Shown piece by piece: positions 16,938 through 25,552 of a stretch of 40,000 nt of DNA; within the stretch, counting starts at the first letter, position 1, and each line of letters begins with the position of its first letter. The stretch spans positions 309,410-349,409 of the forward strand of contig NZ_BMOC01000001.1 of the NCBI RefSeq assembly GCF_014646875.1, in the 5' to 3' direction. The DNA comes from Halobellus salinus. Its GTDB lineage: Archaea > Halobacteriota > Halobacteria > Halobacteriales > Haloferacaceae. Position numbers and translations under genes: made by a program. The notes under the pieces are model-generated. The model was not told where the DNA came from. It did not search any database and worked only from the letters and a program-made list of their open reading frames with translations.

Positions 16938-17462
16938 CTACCCGCCGAATCCGCCCAGGAGCCCGCCGCTTTCGGACTCGGTGTCCGGTTCCTCTTCCTC
17001 TTCGGCGTCGTCCGCTTCGTCCTCCGGAGCGGACGGCGTCTTGGCGTGGCACGTGATCGTGACCGGGTCGCCGTCGTAGGTGGTCTCGATCGCCCACATC
17101 CGACCGCACCCCAGCACCGTCCGCCACTCCTCGCCGTCGCGTCTGGAGACAGACACCATGATCTCGTCAGTCTCAGCGTCGCGGCCCGCGTACTCCACGC
17201 GGAGGAGTTCCCCGTAGACGTTGAGTCCGAACGGCGAGTCAAGCCGGGCGGGAGTCGTGTCGATTCGGCCCGTCGGGCCTTCGACGACGATCTCGATCAC
17301 CGGGACGTCACCGTCGGGTGTTGAGAACGTGACTTCCAGAGCCGTTCCGTCGACAGCCACCTCCTGGATATCGACGTACGATGTCGAGCGGCCGGTCGCG
17401 TCCGCGACCCGCTTCCGGAGCGGTTCCAGCGGGATCCGAGCGGTGTCGGGTGAGTCTGCCAT
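16938..17462 (-). CDS. Hypothetical protein with poly-acidic C-terminal tail
   Basis: ATG at 17462 (MADSPDTARIP...). The C-terminus is 'PEDEADDAEEEEEPDTESESGGLLGGFGG'. Coding-like acidic composition. Confidence 0.6.
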   Translation of the reverse strand: MADSPDTARIPLEPLRKRVADATGRSTSYVDIQEVAVDGTALEVTFSTPDGDVPVIEIVVEGPTGRIDTTPARLDSPFGLNVYGELLRVEYAGRDAETDEIMVSVSRRDGEEWRTVLGCGRMWAIETTYDGDPVTITCHAKTPSAPEDEADDAEEEEEPDTESESGGLLGGFGG

Positions 17463-17577
17463 CGTTCCCAAGATCTACACCCGGGGAACGTATGACTTCT
17501 CCGGCATAGGCCGGGGGGAGCAACTCGTAAATGATATTCCGATATACAAAATCGGATCGCGGCCGTGACGGGGACGC

Positions 17578-18705
17578 TCACCACCCGGTCTCGCGGAGGC
17601 CGGTCAGGAGCCGGTCGACATCCTCGGCGGTGTTGTAGACGTGTAACGAAGCCCGAACTGCGCCGGCGGGATCGGGTAGCGACCGGACCACGACGCCGTA
17701 CTCCTCGCGGAGACGTTCGACCGTCGACTCGGCATCGTCGACGCGGACGGTCACCAGCCCCGACTCGGGCGTTGCGGGGCTGTATAGCCGATCCGCTGGG
17801 GCCCCATCGACGAACCGCTCCGCGAGGTCGTTGATATGCGCGTCGACGGTGTCGAGACCGACATCCTCCAGTAGGTCGATCGACGCCGAGAGCGCGGCGT
17901 ACGGCGCGAGGTTCGTGGTGCCGACCTCGAACCGAGCCGCGCCGGGTTTCAGGTCGTACTCGTCGGCTTCCGGGTCCGGGACGCTCCGGTAGCCGATCCG
18001 CCCGGGGTGGAACTCGTCGATCACGTCGCCGTCGACGTAGAGAAACCCCGCGCCCCAGACGCCGAGCAACCACTTGTGGCTGGCCATCGCGACCGCGTCC
18101 GCCCCCCACTCGGTCACGTCGAGCGGGGTCTGCCCGGGAACTTGGACGGCGTCAACCAGGACGTACGCGCCGGCGTCGTGTGCCTCCGCGACCAGTTCGG
18201 AGACCGGGAGATAGGTCCCGTAGTTCCAGGTCAGCGCGCTCAGGCAGACGAGTTTCGCGTCGGCAACGGCGTCACGGTACGCCTCGCGGTCAAGCCGGCC
18301 GTCGGTGGTCGGGACAACCCGCACCGCACACCCCTGTCGCTCCAACCGCTTCCAGGGCAGGACGCCCGCGGGGTGTTCGAGGTCGGTCCGGACGATGGTA
18401 TCTCCGGATTCCCACTCGATCCCGCCGGCGATCCGGGTGATGCCGTCGGCGGTGCTCTGGGTCAGTGCGATCTCCCCGGCGTCGGCGCCGAGAAAGTCAG
18501 CGATGTCCGCGCGCACATCCTCGTAGAATCCGAACGCGTGCGGGTACGGTCCCGGGTCGCTCGCTGCGCCCCACTCGTGGGCCTCGATCTCACGTTGGGC
18601 CGCTTCGACGATCCACCGAGGGCTGGGGCCGCTCGCGCCCGTGTTGAGGTATCTGACGTCCTCGAACACCGGGACGGAGTCCCTGATGTCTGCTGGCGTG
18701 GGCAT
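17578..18705 (-). CDS. Class V aminotransferase / cysteine desulfurase-family PLP enzyme
   Basis: 375 aa. 'YLNTGASGP', 'LVDAVQVPGQ' and the PLP-lysine context 'AVAMASHKWLLG' are typical of the class V fold. Confidence 0.85.
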   Translation of the reverse strand: MPTPADIRDSVPVFEDVRYLNTGASGPSPRWIVEAAQREIEAHEWGAASDPGPYPHAFGFYEDVRADIADFLGADAGEIALTQSTADGITRIAGGIEWESGDTIVRTDLEHPAGVLPWKRLERQGCAVRVVPTTDGRLDREAYRDAVADAKLVCLSALTWNYGTYLPVSELVAEAHDAGAYVLVDAVQVPGQTPLDVTEWGADAVAMASHKWLLGVWGAGFLYVDGDVIDEFHPGRIGYRSVPDPEADEYDLKPGAARFEVGTTNLAPYAALSASIDLLEDVGLDTVDAHINDLAERFVDGAPADRLYSPATPESGLVTVRVDDAESTVERLREEYGVVVRSLPDPAGAVRASLHVYNTAEDVDRLLTGLRETGW

Positions 18706-18858
18706 CGTATCAGAGTGCGGTGCCGAAATATATAGAACGTCCGATGGGCGCCAACAGCGTCGTTCAGACGGGGACAGAGGCGTGCTGCGTGCGCCGGTTG
18801 CGGCGCAAGCCGGAGCGCGAGCCTATGCCCGACGGGAGCGAGAAGCATAGACGCGTTT

Positions 18859-19200
18859 GTGGGCCACGGACTGTTGGTGTTCGCTCTCGCGGTGCTCGCC
18901 GCGGAGCGGCGGGGCTGATCGCGGCGCTGCCCGACGTCGACGTGGCCTACGCCGTGATCGCGGTCGACGGCGGCCGGTTCCTCGGCGGTGGGTCGGTCCG
19001 ACCGGACGTGTTCTGGAACGCCGCAAACGCCGTCCACCGGTCGATGACCCACTCGCTAGCCGTCGCGGCGGTGGCCGGTCCCGCCCTCGGTCTCTGGAGT
19101 AGCCGCAGCGGGCGACGGGTGCGTCGCTACCGGGGTGGCGCTCGAAAAATGTCCAGCGGTCGTCCGGCCGTGCGTTCGTGTACCCCTACCCGAGACGCCC
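18859..19200 (+). pseudogene. Probable frameshifted YdjM-type membrane-bound metal-dependent hydrolase remnant
   Basis: The frame from 18859 reads 'VGHGLLVFALAVLAAERRG*'. A second frame continues 'AAGLIAALPDVDVAYAVIA...VHRSMTHSLAVAAVAGPALGLWS'. The xPDxD and HRxxTHSL motifs are characteristic of YdjM-like hydrolases. No single frame spans both parts. Confidence 0.3.
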
Positions 19201-19269
19201 GTCCGAACGACCGCTCGCAACCGTATGCCGGATTTTCACGAAACCAATAAAAATCTTGTGTATAGTTGC

Positions 19270-19462
19270 CCAGTGCTGTGTAGTTGGGAGCGAAATCGGC
19301 GGAAACCGGAGAGTGAGACCCTCCGAAACCCCCGCGGTCTCGACCCGATGGGCTCGCTGTCGTTCGAAAGACGCTGCGCGTCGTTCGTGTTCACGAGAGG
19401 GCTGCGTCCATCGATGTCCCGCTCGATTCACTCGCGGGACTTCCGCCCGACGGCCGTTTTTT
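19270..19462 (+). ncRNA. Candidate structured RNA or leader (unidentified)
   Basis: There is an A/T-rich box 'aataaaaatc' at 19246-19255. A long-range pairing joins 'cggcggaa' (about 19283) and 'ttccgccc' (19441-19448) and encloses several local hairpins, for example 'gtcccgc...gcgggac' and 'gacgc-tgc-gcgtc'. A T6 run at 19457-19462 follows immediately. Strand and ends are uncertain. Confidence 0.2.
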
Positions 19463-19659
19463 CGCCAGCAATCGAGTAACGAAGCACGACCGGTCGCCCG
19501 CGGCTGGGTGAACTGCTTCGGAGTCCCCGAGGCACTCGCCTCGATATTCTGTAGAGGACCGCCACCGCTCCGGTGGCCGTTGGGGGCCTGGGATCGGTCA
19601 CGAGTATCAGCTGACAATCACCCGACAGCACGGCGCCTGACGCGGCGGCGTACGGCGTC

Positions 19660-19669
19660 AAATATATTA
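19660..19669 (+). promoter_or_regulatory. Candidate TATA box for the tubulin-like operon
   Basis: 'aaatatatta' is centred about 37 nt upstream of the ATG at 19702. This fits an archaeal promoter producing a very short leader. Confidence 0.35.
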
Positions 19670-19701
19670 GCCCGGTTCGGAAAGGGTAGAACAGCTATCA
19701 T

Positions 19702-20886
19702 ATGCAATATCTCTTTGTGGGGGCCGGCCAGGCAGGGACGCAGATCGTCGACCAGATCTTCGCACACGACAACATCGACCTTCGGGCGGAGGCGCTGGCG
19801 TTCAACTCCACGATCCAGGACCTCGAACGCCTGGACAACATCCCGCAGGACCGGTGGTATGGGGTTTCCGAGAGCGACGGGCTCGTCAGCGGGACCGTCC
19901 GCGGGTTCGAAGAACGGGTCACGGGTGGCTTCGGCCAGACCCCGACGAAAGCCGACCGGGTAATGCGCCGGAACGAGGGAGAAGTCCACCGCGTGCTCGA
20001 TGAGGTGTACGAGGGGTTGGAAGCGGATCCCTCGACGCTGCAATACGCGTTCGTCTTCCTCGGGTTCGGCGGCGGCACGGGATGCGGGATCGCGCCGCAC
20101 CTCGCCCGGGAGATCCGGTCGTACGCCAGTTCGGAGATGGACATCGTCTCAGTTGGCGTGCTCCCCAATACCAAGCTGGTGAACCAAGGCGCCCAGATGG
20201 ACAACGACGAGGACAACCCGGTGGAAAAGCAGATCCAGCAGTGTGAGAACACGGTGTTCGGGCTGGACAACTTGGAACAGGAAGTCGAGAGCATCATGCT
20301 CGTCGACAACCAGCGGCTCGCGTTGGACGTCGCGGAGAGCAACGAGTACAGCGACTACAACCGGTACGTCGCCGACGCGTTCTTGGATATCGTCTTGGGG
20401 GCCGAGCGCGAGCGCACGGACGACGCGCTCGACGTCCAGATGATGGACGTCGACCTCCAAGACCTTATCCGGTACATCGACGGCGACGGGTTCCGCGCGG
20501 GGTACGCTACGCTCGGCCGCGGTGTCCGGCAGACGGAGTCGCTTCTCGGCTACCTCCTCCCCGGACCGTTCGGCCGTCAGCCGATCCAAGAGACCGGGTT
20601 GATCGCCGACTCCATCGACAAGCAGACAATCGACGAGTTCTCCCCGAGCGACGCCACGAGCGCGGTCGCCGTCGCACAGGCACCGGGGTGGTGCTGGGAC
20701 GACAAGGAGGTCTCGGTCGGGTCGGTCGAGAGCGAACTCGGCTACTACTGCAAGAACGTGAACGCCGGGTGGGCCGTCACCAAACGGAACCTCGCGTCGG
20801 TCACGACCGCGTTCGGGTTTGACCGCGAGGACATCGACCGGATCGCCCAGATCGAACGGATCGCCGAGCGGGAGGGGACAGCGTGA
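19702..20886 (+). CDS. Divergent CetZ-like tubulin/FtsZ-superfamily GTPase (paralog 1, 394 aa)
   Basis: G1 box 'LFVGAGQAGTQIVDQIF' (aa 4-20). T3-like 'TGGFGQT'. Tubulin signature 'LGFGGGTGCGIAPHLAREI' (aa 120-138, signature at nt 20062-20088). 'MLVDNQRLALD' resembles tubulin/CetZ 'DNxA'. T7-like 'MMDVDLQDLIRYIDGDGFRAGYATLG'. Confidence 0.85.
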   Translation: MQYLFVGAGQAGTQIVDQIFAHDNIDLRAEALAFNSTIQDLERLDNIPQDRWYGVSESDGLVSGTVRGFEERVTGGFGQTPTKADRVMRRNEGEVHRVLDEVYEGLEADPSTLQYAFVFLGFGGGTGCGIAPHLAREIRSYASSEMDIVSVGVLPNTKLVNQGAQMDNDEDNPVEKQIQQCENTVFGLDNLEQEVESIMLVDNQRLALDVAESNEYSDYNRYVADAFLDIVLGAERERTDDALDVQMMDVDLQDLIRYIDGDGFRAGYATLGRGVRQTESLLGYLLPGPFGRQPIQETGLIADSIDKQTIDEFSPSDATSAVAVAQAPGWCWDDKEVSVGSVESELGYYCKNVNAGWAVTKRNLASVTTAFGFDREDIDRIAQIERIAEREGTA

Positions 20887-21140
20887 GGAAGCCTCTCCTC
20901 GCCGCCATCGCCGTCGGCGCGGCGCTCGCGGCCGTCGGAAGCGTGGGCGCACAGGGTGACGCCGCATCCCTCGCAGCGCTCGTCGACGGGACGCAACGCG
21001 GACTGGGCCGGCTGGCCGCGGTACAGGTCGCCGCCGGGGACTCGAATCTGAACGTCGTCCGGGGCGTGGGCGGCCTCGCCGGGGTCGGACTCGGGATCGC
21101 GGTCGGTTCGGTCGCGACGTACGTCCGGTGGAGGCGGTAG
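20883..21140 (+). CDS. Small bitopic membrane protein (85 aa; signal/anchor plus C-terminal TM)
   Basis: GTGA overlap with the upstream stop. The N-terminal 'MRKPLLAAIAVGAALAAVGSVGAQG' is followed by the C-terminal 'GLAGVGLGIAVGSVATYVRWRR'. Confidence 0.6.
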   Translation: MRKPLLAAIAVGAALAAVGSVGAQGDAASLAALVDGTQRGLGRLAAVQVAAGDSNLNVVRGVGGLAGVGLGIAVGSVATYVRWRR

Positions 21141-21141
21141 A

Positions 21142-22224
21142 ATGCGGGGACCCCACCTCGGCGCCGGGATCGTCGTGGCGTCGGTGCTCCTCGCGGTCGT
21201 TGCAGCGGGACCGGCGGCCGCACAGACGGTCGACCCGGCCGACGAGGCCGAGATCTGTCCCGGAACGTCGGGAGACAGCCTTGTCGTGGTGCTCCCCGGC
21301 GACACCTACGTGCGTCCGGGTGGCGACGCGACGCTGCTGCCCGGGACCGAGGCCGAGATCGCGCTCTGTTCCGATGGCGGGGTGGTCAGCACCACCGCGT
21401 GGCCGGTCGACGGCGGTATCAACGGGGTCACTGTGGGCGAGTCCGAGCGGTTCAGCTACCCCGTCACGGTCGAGGCCGTCGAGGGACCGACCCCTGTCGA
21501 GTTCGCGCCGGCGATCGGCCAGCGGGGCGACGTGGCCACCCCGACTGTGACCGCCGCACCGGGGAACGTGACAACGATCGGCGTCGGCGGTAGCACGTAC
21601 CGTGTCGCCGTCGCAGCCGACAACCGCGACCGACTCCGACGGGCGAACAACTCCTACACCGAGACGCGCAACGGGATGCGCACGGCAGCCGCGGATCTCG
21701 CTGAGAACGCTGGGCGGCTCGACCCCGCCCCCGACATACCGGACGACCGGCGGCTGCCACAGATCAACCGGACACGAGCCGTGACAACCAACTACTCCAC
21801 CATCCAGTCGCGACTGTTCAATGCCGCCGCAAACGGAGACACCGGGGCCGTCGCCGCGCTCGACGCGTACGAACGGCAGCACAACGATGCGCTCGGCGAA
21901 ACTCGCGACAGCCTCGAGACCGCGAACCGGGCGATCGAACGGCAGGCCAGATCCACTGCGCTCGGCGTGCTCGGGGACCTCCTCGGGGTTGCGCTCGCCG
22001 GTGCGGTCGTCGGCGGAATCGGCGGCCGCGTGCTCACGGATCGGATCCTCTCGCAGGTGGAAATCGACCGCCGGCGGAGTTCTGCGGTCGACTTCCGGCC
22101 CAAACACCTCGCGGTCCAACTCGGGGTCGCGGTCGTGTTGGTGGCCGGGGCCGTCGCGCTCGTGGTGACGCAGGGACTGCTCGACCCGCTTGTCGCGGTC
22201 ATCCGGGCGGTGATCGGCGTATGA
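21142..22224 (+). CDS. Secreted/membrane-anchored hypothetical protein (360 aa)
   Basis: Starts 1 nt after the upstream stop. Signal peptide 'GAGIVVASVLLAVVAAGPAAAQ', a beta-rich then helical ectodomain, and two C-terminal TM helices ('ALGVLGDLLGVALAGAVVGGIGG', 'LAVQLGVAVVLVAGAVALVV'). Confidence 0.7.
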   Translation: MRGPHLGAGIVVASVLLAVVAAGPAAAQTVDPADEAEICPGTSGDSLVVVLPGDTYVRPGGDATLLPGTEAEIALCSDGGVVSTTAWPVDGGINGVTVGESERFSYPVTVEAVEGPTPVEFAPAIGQRGDVATPTVTAAPGNVTTIGVGGSTYRVAVAADNRDRLRRANNSYTETRNGMRTAAADLAENAGRLDPAPDIPDDRRLPQINRTRAVTTNYSTIQSRLFNAAANGDTGAVAALDAYERQHNDALGETRDSLETANRAIERQARSTALGVLGDLLGVALAGAVVGGIGGRVLTDRILSQVEIDRRRSSAVDFRPKHLAVQLGVAVVLVAGAVALVVTQGLLDPLVAVIRAVIGV

Positions 22225-24284
22225 ACTCGACACGACGCGATGCCCTCACCGCCGGTGGGGTCGTCACCGCGCTTGCGGCCGCCGGCGTCGCCGTGTTCCT
22301 GTTTTCGGGGTCGAGTGACGCGGTCCTGTTTTTCATCGCCGGGGTGCCGGTGGTGTTGATCCTCGGCGGGGTCGCGTGGCACCGCCGGGAGACGCGTTCG
22401 TCGGGGACCACGTCGCCGCGGATCGAATCGATGACCGACGACCTCGCTGACGACGTCGAGGAACTGTTCGTGACCTACCGGCGGCTTGAGACCGAAACCC
22501 CCTGGGATCCGTCCGCGCACGCGGACTCGGTCCAGGGGATCAAACGGGACCTCGAAAACCGCGGGTTCGAGATCACCACCGGGGGCGACACCGTCGACGT
22601 GACCGTGACCGACTACCCGATGGGGATGGGCGCGCTCTCACAACATCGGACAGCCGTCCGGGACGCGCGCGACGCCCTCGAGTCGGAATACCGGGCGGAC
22701 ATCGACGCCCAGATCGAAGCGATGAGCGATCAGATCGATCGGCTGATCGACGGGAACCTGCTCGATCCGTCGGCCGCCGGTGCGGTCGCGGACGCGCCCG
22801 CTGTTGGGGCCGACCCCGGACGCCTGGCCGGTGTGCTTGGAGACCGCCGGAAGACGTTTCAGGACCTTCTCGACGACGCCGAGAGCAAGGTTCACAGCGT
22901 GACCGGCGAACGGGTCGTCGAGTGGTCGGCGGTCGAAGGGCGGATCGCCGCCGGGCAGTACGAGGCGGCCGCCGAACACGTGTTGGACCCGGACGGTGCG
23001 ACACCCCCAGATCCCGGGCCGAAGAAGGCGGAACTGCTCGAGCTCATCGACACTGTCGAGTCGTCGGTCGCGGCGCAGTACGCCGACCCCGCGCGGTTCG
23101 AGACGCTCGGGGAGGTGCGGGGGGAGATCGAAGCGATCGACTCGGCGTATGAGGTGGACGAACTCGACGAGCGGCTGCGACCGCGTGCGCTCCGGGCGTC
23201 CGCGGAGGTCCTGACCGATATGCGCGAGGAGCTGACCGGGTATATCGAGCAGTTCAGCCGGTCGAACGTCCCGGATGGCTTCTTCGAGCGGCCGGGGGTG
23301 CTCGATCGCTCGCTCGAATCGGAACTCCGCGGCGCGTCAGATCTGGATGCGTTCCGGACGCTGTGGACCGGAATGGCCGACGACCTCGCGGCGGCCCTGG
23401 ACACGGCCGGCGAGCGCGATGGCGCCCTCCGGGCGTACGACGACGTGGTCAACATCGTCGAGCGGGCCCTCGCAACCGATGGGGAGGTGACGGAATCGGA
23501 CGTGCCGTACGATCCCGCAGAGCCGATCATGCGGCTGTACGCCCACCGGAACCCCGAGGTCGGGTTCATGCCGGGGCGTCCCGCCCTCACACAGGACACC
23601 GAGGTGATCGGCCAGCAGTTCGGCCTCGCAGTCGACGTACAGCTCGACCCCCCAGAGACCCGCGACGTCACGGTTGCGGTGACGATCAGAGACGAGACCC
23701 ACCGCCGGACGCGGACGCTCGAAGGGTCGGGCCGAATCGGGTTCGACGGCATCCTGGGCGGTCAGGCGACGGTGGCCGCCAGCGCCGACGACGACCGGTT
23801 CGGAAGCCGTGAGACCGAACTGACGCTCGACCGCGACCGAACGGTCAACCTCCAACTGTCGGAGGAGACCGCGATCGAACGGCTGTGTGCAGGCGTCGAG
23901 ACCAACGCCGAACTCCTCCTCACGGAGGTCGAAGACGACATAACCGCACGCTACGAGTCCGAACAGTATCTCACCGACGGCATGGACCTCGGTGTCCAAG
24001 ACGAGTACACACAGTGCGTGCTCGCGCTGTGGGCCGACAACGCCGGGCTGTCCGTTCAGGTGGAAACCGATTCAGTACTAGTGTACGACAGACAGCGCAT
24101 GCAGAACCAGTTGGTAGATCTGACAGAACAGCGCGTGGGCGACGCCGGCGAGCTCGCCTACGAGACGATGCGCGAGCGGTTCCTGAAACCGCCGGCGAGC
24201 GACGCACTGATACGCGACATCCTCGCGCAGGCGGAGTTGAGTATCGACGTGGAACTCACTGACGACAAGGTGGTGAGTGCGTGA
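22221..24284 (+). CDS. Membrane-anchored hypothetical protein with large acidic soluble domain (687 aa)
   Basis: ATGA overlap with the upstream gene. The N-terminal 'STRRDALTAGGVVTALAAAGVAVFLF' is Tat-like or TM1. It is followed by 'AVLFFIAGVPVVLILGGVAW' (TM2) and then about 620 aa of acidic, partly helical sequence. No family motif recognised. Confidence 0.75.
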   Translation: MNSTRRDALTAGGVVTALAAAGVAVFLFSGSSDAVLFFIAGVPVVLILGGVAWHRRETRSSGTTSPRIESMTDDLADDVEELFVTYRRLETETPWDPSAHADSVQGIKRDLENRGFEITTGGDTVDVTVTDYPMGMGALSQHRTAVRDARDALESEYRADIDAQIEAMSDQIDRLIDGNLLDPSAAGAVADAPAVGADPGRLAGVLGDRRKTFQDLLDDAESKVHSVTGERVVEWSAVEGRIAAGQYEAAAEHVLDPDGATPPDPGPKKAELLELIDTVESSVAAQYADPARFETLGEVRGEIEAIDSAYEVDELDERLRPRALRASAEVLTDMREELTGYIEQFSRSNVPDGFFERPGVLDRSLESELRGASDLDAFRTLWTGMADDLAAALDTAGERDGALRAYDDVVNIVERALATDGEVTESDVPYDPAEPIMRLYAHRNPEVGFMPGRPALTQDTEVIGQQFGLAVDVQLDPPETRDVTVAVTIRDETHRRTRTLEGSGRIGFDGILGGQATVAASADDDRFGSRETELTLDRDRTVNLQLSEETAIERLCAGVETNAELLLTEVEDDITARYESEQYLTDGMDLGVQDEYTQCVLALWADNAGLSVQVETDSVLVYDRQRMQNQLVDLTEQRVGDAGELAYETMRERFLKPPASDALIRDILAQAELSIDVELTDDKVVSA

Positions 24285-25552
24285 TGGCGGCCGGACCGGG
24301 GGCGGACCGCGACGCCACACGGTGGGGTATCATCGCGTCTGGCCAGGGCGGCTGCCGGATCGCGTCGCAGCTTTTCACCCGGACGGACAATCCCGGGGTC
24401 GACGACCGGATCGTCCTCATCAACACCAACGACACGGACATCAAAGAGAGCCTTGATCGGGTGGACGCGCAGTTGACGATGGATCGGGAGATGATCTCCC
24501 GGGAGCACGTCGCGCTCTTCGGGCCTGCCGACGGCACCGGAAACGACTTCTTCGATGGGGAGCGGTTCGCGGAGGAGGGGTTCGACGAGATCTACCAGCC
24601 GATCAACAACACCGCCCGGTCCGACGCCCTCATGTACACGGTTGCGCTCGGTGGGGGGACCGGAAACGGGTCGACACCCTACATCATCGACCAGTTCAGA
24701 CAGGCGCCGGAGGGGGGCGCGGTTGCGGGGTCAAGCAGCGAAGCGACGTGGCTCAACGACATCCCGCAGTTCGTGCTCGCGGCGTGGCCGTTCAGGGGCG
24801 AACTGGACCAGCGGTATTTCAACGCCGTGTGTGGCCTCTCGCGGCTTCTGATGCGGGAGGAAGGGTCTCCCAACGCCGACATAACGCTCCTCGCGTCGAA
24901 CGCGCGGCTGAAGCAACTCCCGGAGGAAAACAACGACACCGAGGCGGTGGCCGGCGCGGAAGCCGTCAGGGAGGAAGACCTCGTGAACCGGCGGATCATC
25001 TCCGCGCTCGATCTGTTCATCAGCGCCGGGCGAACCGCCAGCGATACGATCGACGTGAGAGACTACGCCCGCCAGCCGCAGAGCCGCGGGGCGTACCACG
25101 GCACGTTCGGCACCGCGCTCGAGAAGCCGCTCGGGTTGGGGCTGGAGGTGGCGATCGAAAAGGCCGTCGGGAACACGTTCGTTCCCTTGGACCCGTCGAC
25201 CGCGGAGGCGGCGTACGTGGTCGTGCGCGCGCCACAGCGGAAGGTCAACGCCGGAAAGATCACCGGAGGGGATGTCCGGGGCGCCTTCGCCGACTGGCGG
25301 GAGAAACAGGACCTCAGTGGCGTGGTGGGAATGCATACGCTCTCGAAACAGCCCGGCGGCGGCAACACGTTCGACGTGCTCGTGTTCCTCGCCGGGTTCG
25401 ACCTCACGCCGCTTTTGGAGGAGTCGCGCTCGTGGGAGCGCTACGAGAGCGAGCGGGATCGCCGCGAACAGAACAGTACCGGCGATCGGGGGAAGCGAAT
25501 CCGTCAGTTGGAAGAGAACCTACGGCAGTACCGGAATAACCTGGAGGGGTGA
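24284..25552 (+). CDS. Highly divergent tubulin/CetZ-like GTPase (paralog 2, about 422 aa) with charged helical C-terminal tail
   Basis: The ATG overlaps the upstream stop (TGATG), and an in-frame GTG lies at 24281. G1 box 'WGIIASGQGGCRIASQLF'. T3-like 'PADGTGNDF'. Signature 'VALGGGTGNGSTPYIIDQF' (from nt 24647). T7-like 'TIDVRDYARQ'. Tail 'ERYESERDRREQNSTGDRGKRIRQLEENLRQYRNNLEG'. Confidence 0.8.
   Translation: MAAGPGADRDATRWGIIASGQGGCRIASQLFTRTDNPGVDDRIVLINTNDTDIKESLDRVDAQLTMDREMISREHVALFGPADGTGNDFFDGERFAEEGFDEIYQPINNTARSDALMYTVALGGGTGNGSTPYIIDQFRQAPEGGAVAGSSSEATWLNDIPQFVLAAWPFRGELDQRYFNAVCGLSRLLMREEGSPNADITLLASNARLKQLPEENNDTEAVAGAEAVREEDLVNRRIISALDLFISAGRTASDTIDVRDYARQPQSRGAYHGTFGTALEKPLGLGLEVAIEKAVGNTFVPLDPSTAEAAYVVVRAPQRKVNAGKITGGDVRGAFADWREKQDLSGVVGMHTLSKQPGGGNTFDVLVFLAGFDLTPLLEESRSWERYESERDRREQNSTGDRGKRIRQLEENLRQYRNNLEG

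Noticed and set aside
17297-18735. 270-aa minus-strand and 242-aa plus-strand ORFs overlapping the class V aminotransferase
   Set aside because: These are shadow frames with Arg/Pro/Gly bias. The aminotransferase frame has the PLP-lysine motif.
19436-19448. Minus-strand 'GGGCGGAAGUCCC' resembling the RNase P RNA CR-I motif (GAGGAAAGUCC)
   Set aside because: It is one A short of the conserved motif. The only 'ACAGAA' element lies 5' rather than 3' of it on that strand. I could not find the other conserved RNase P regions. I also found no SRP helix-8 motif.
20149-22233. 694-aa minus-strand ORF antisense to the tubulin-like gene and two downstream genes
   Set aside because: It is Arg/Pro/Asp/Gly-rich with no motifs. 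It spans three well-supported plus-strand genes whose junctions show translational coupling.
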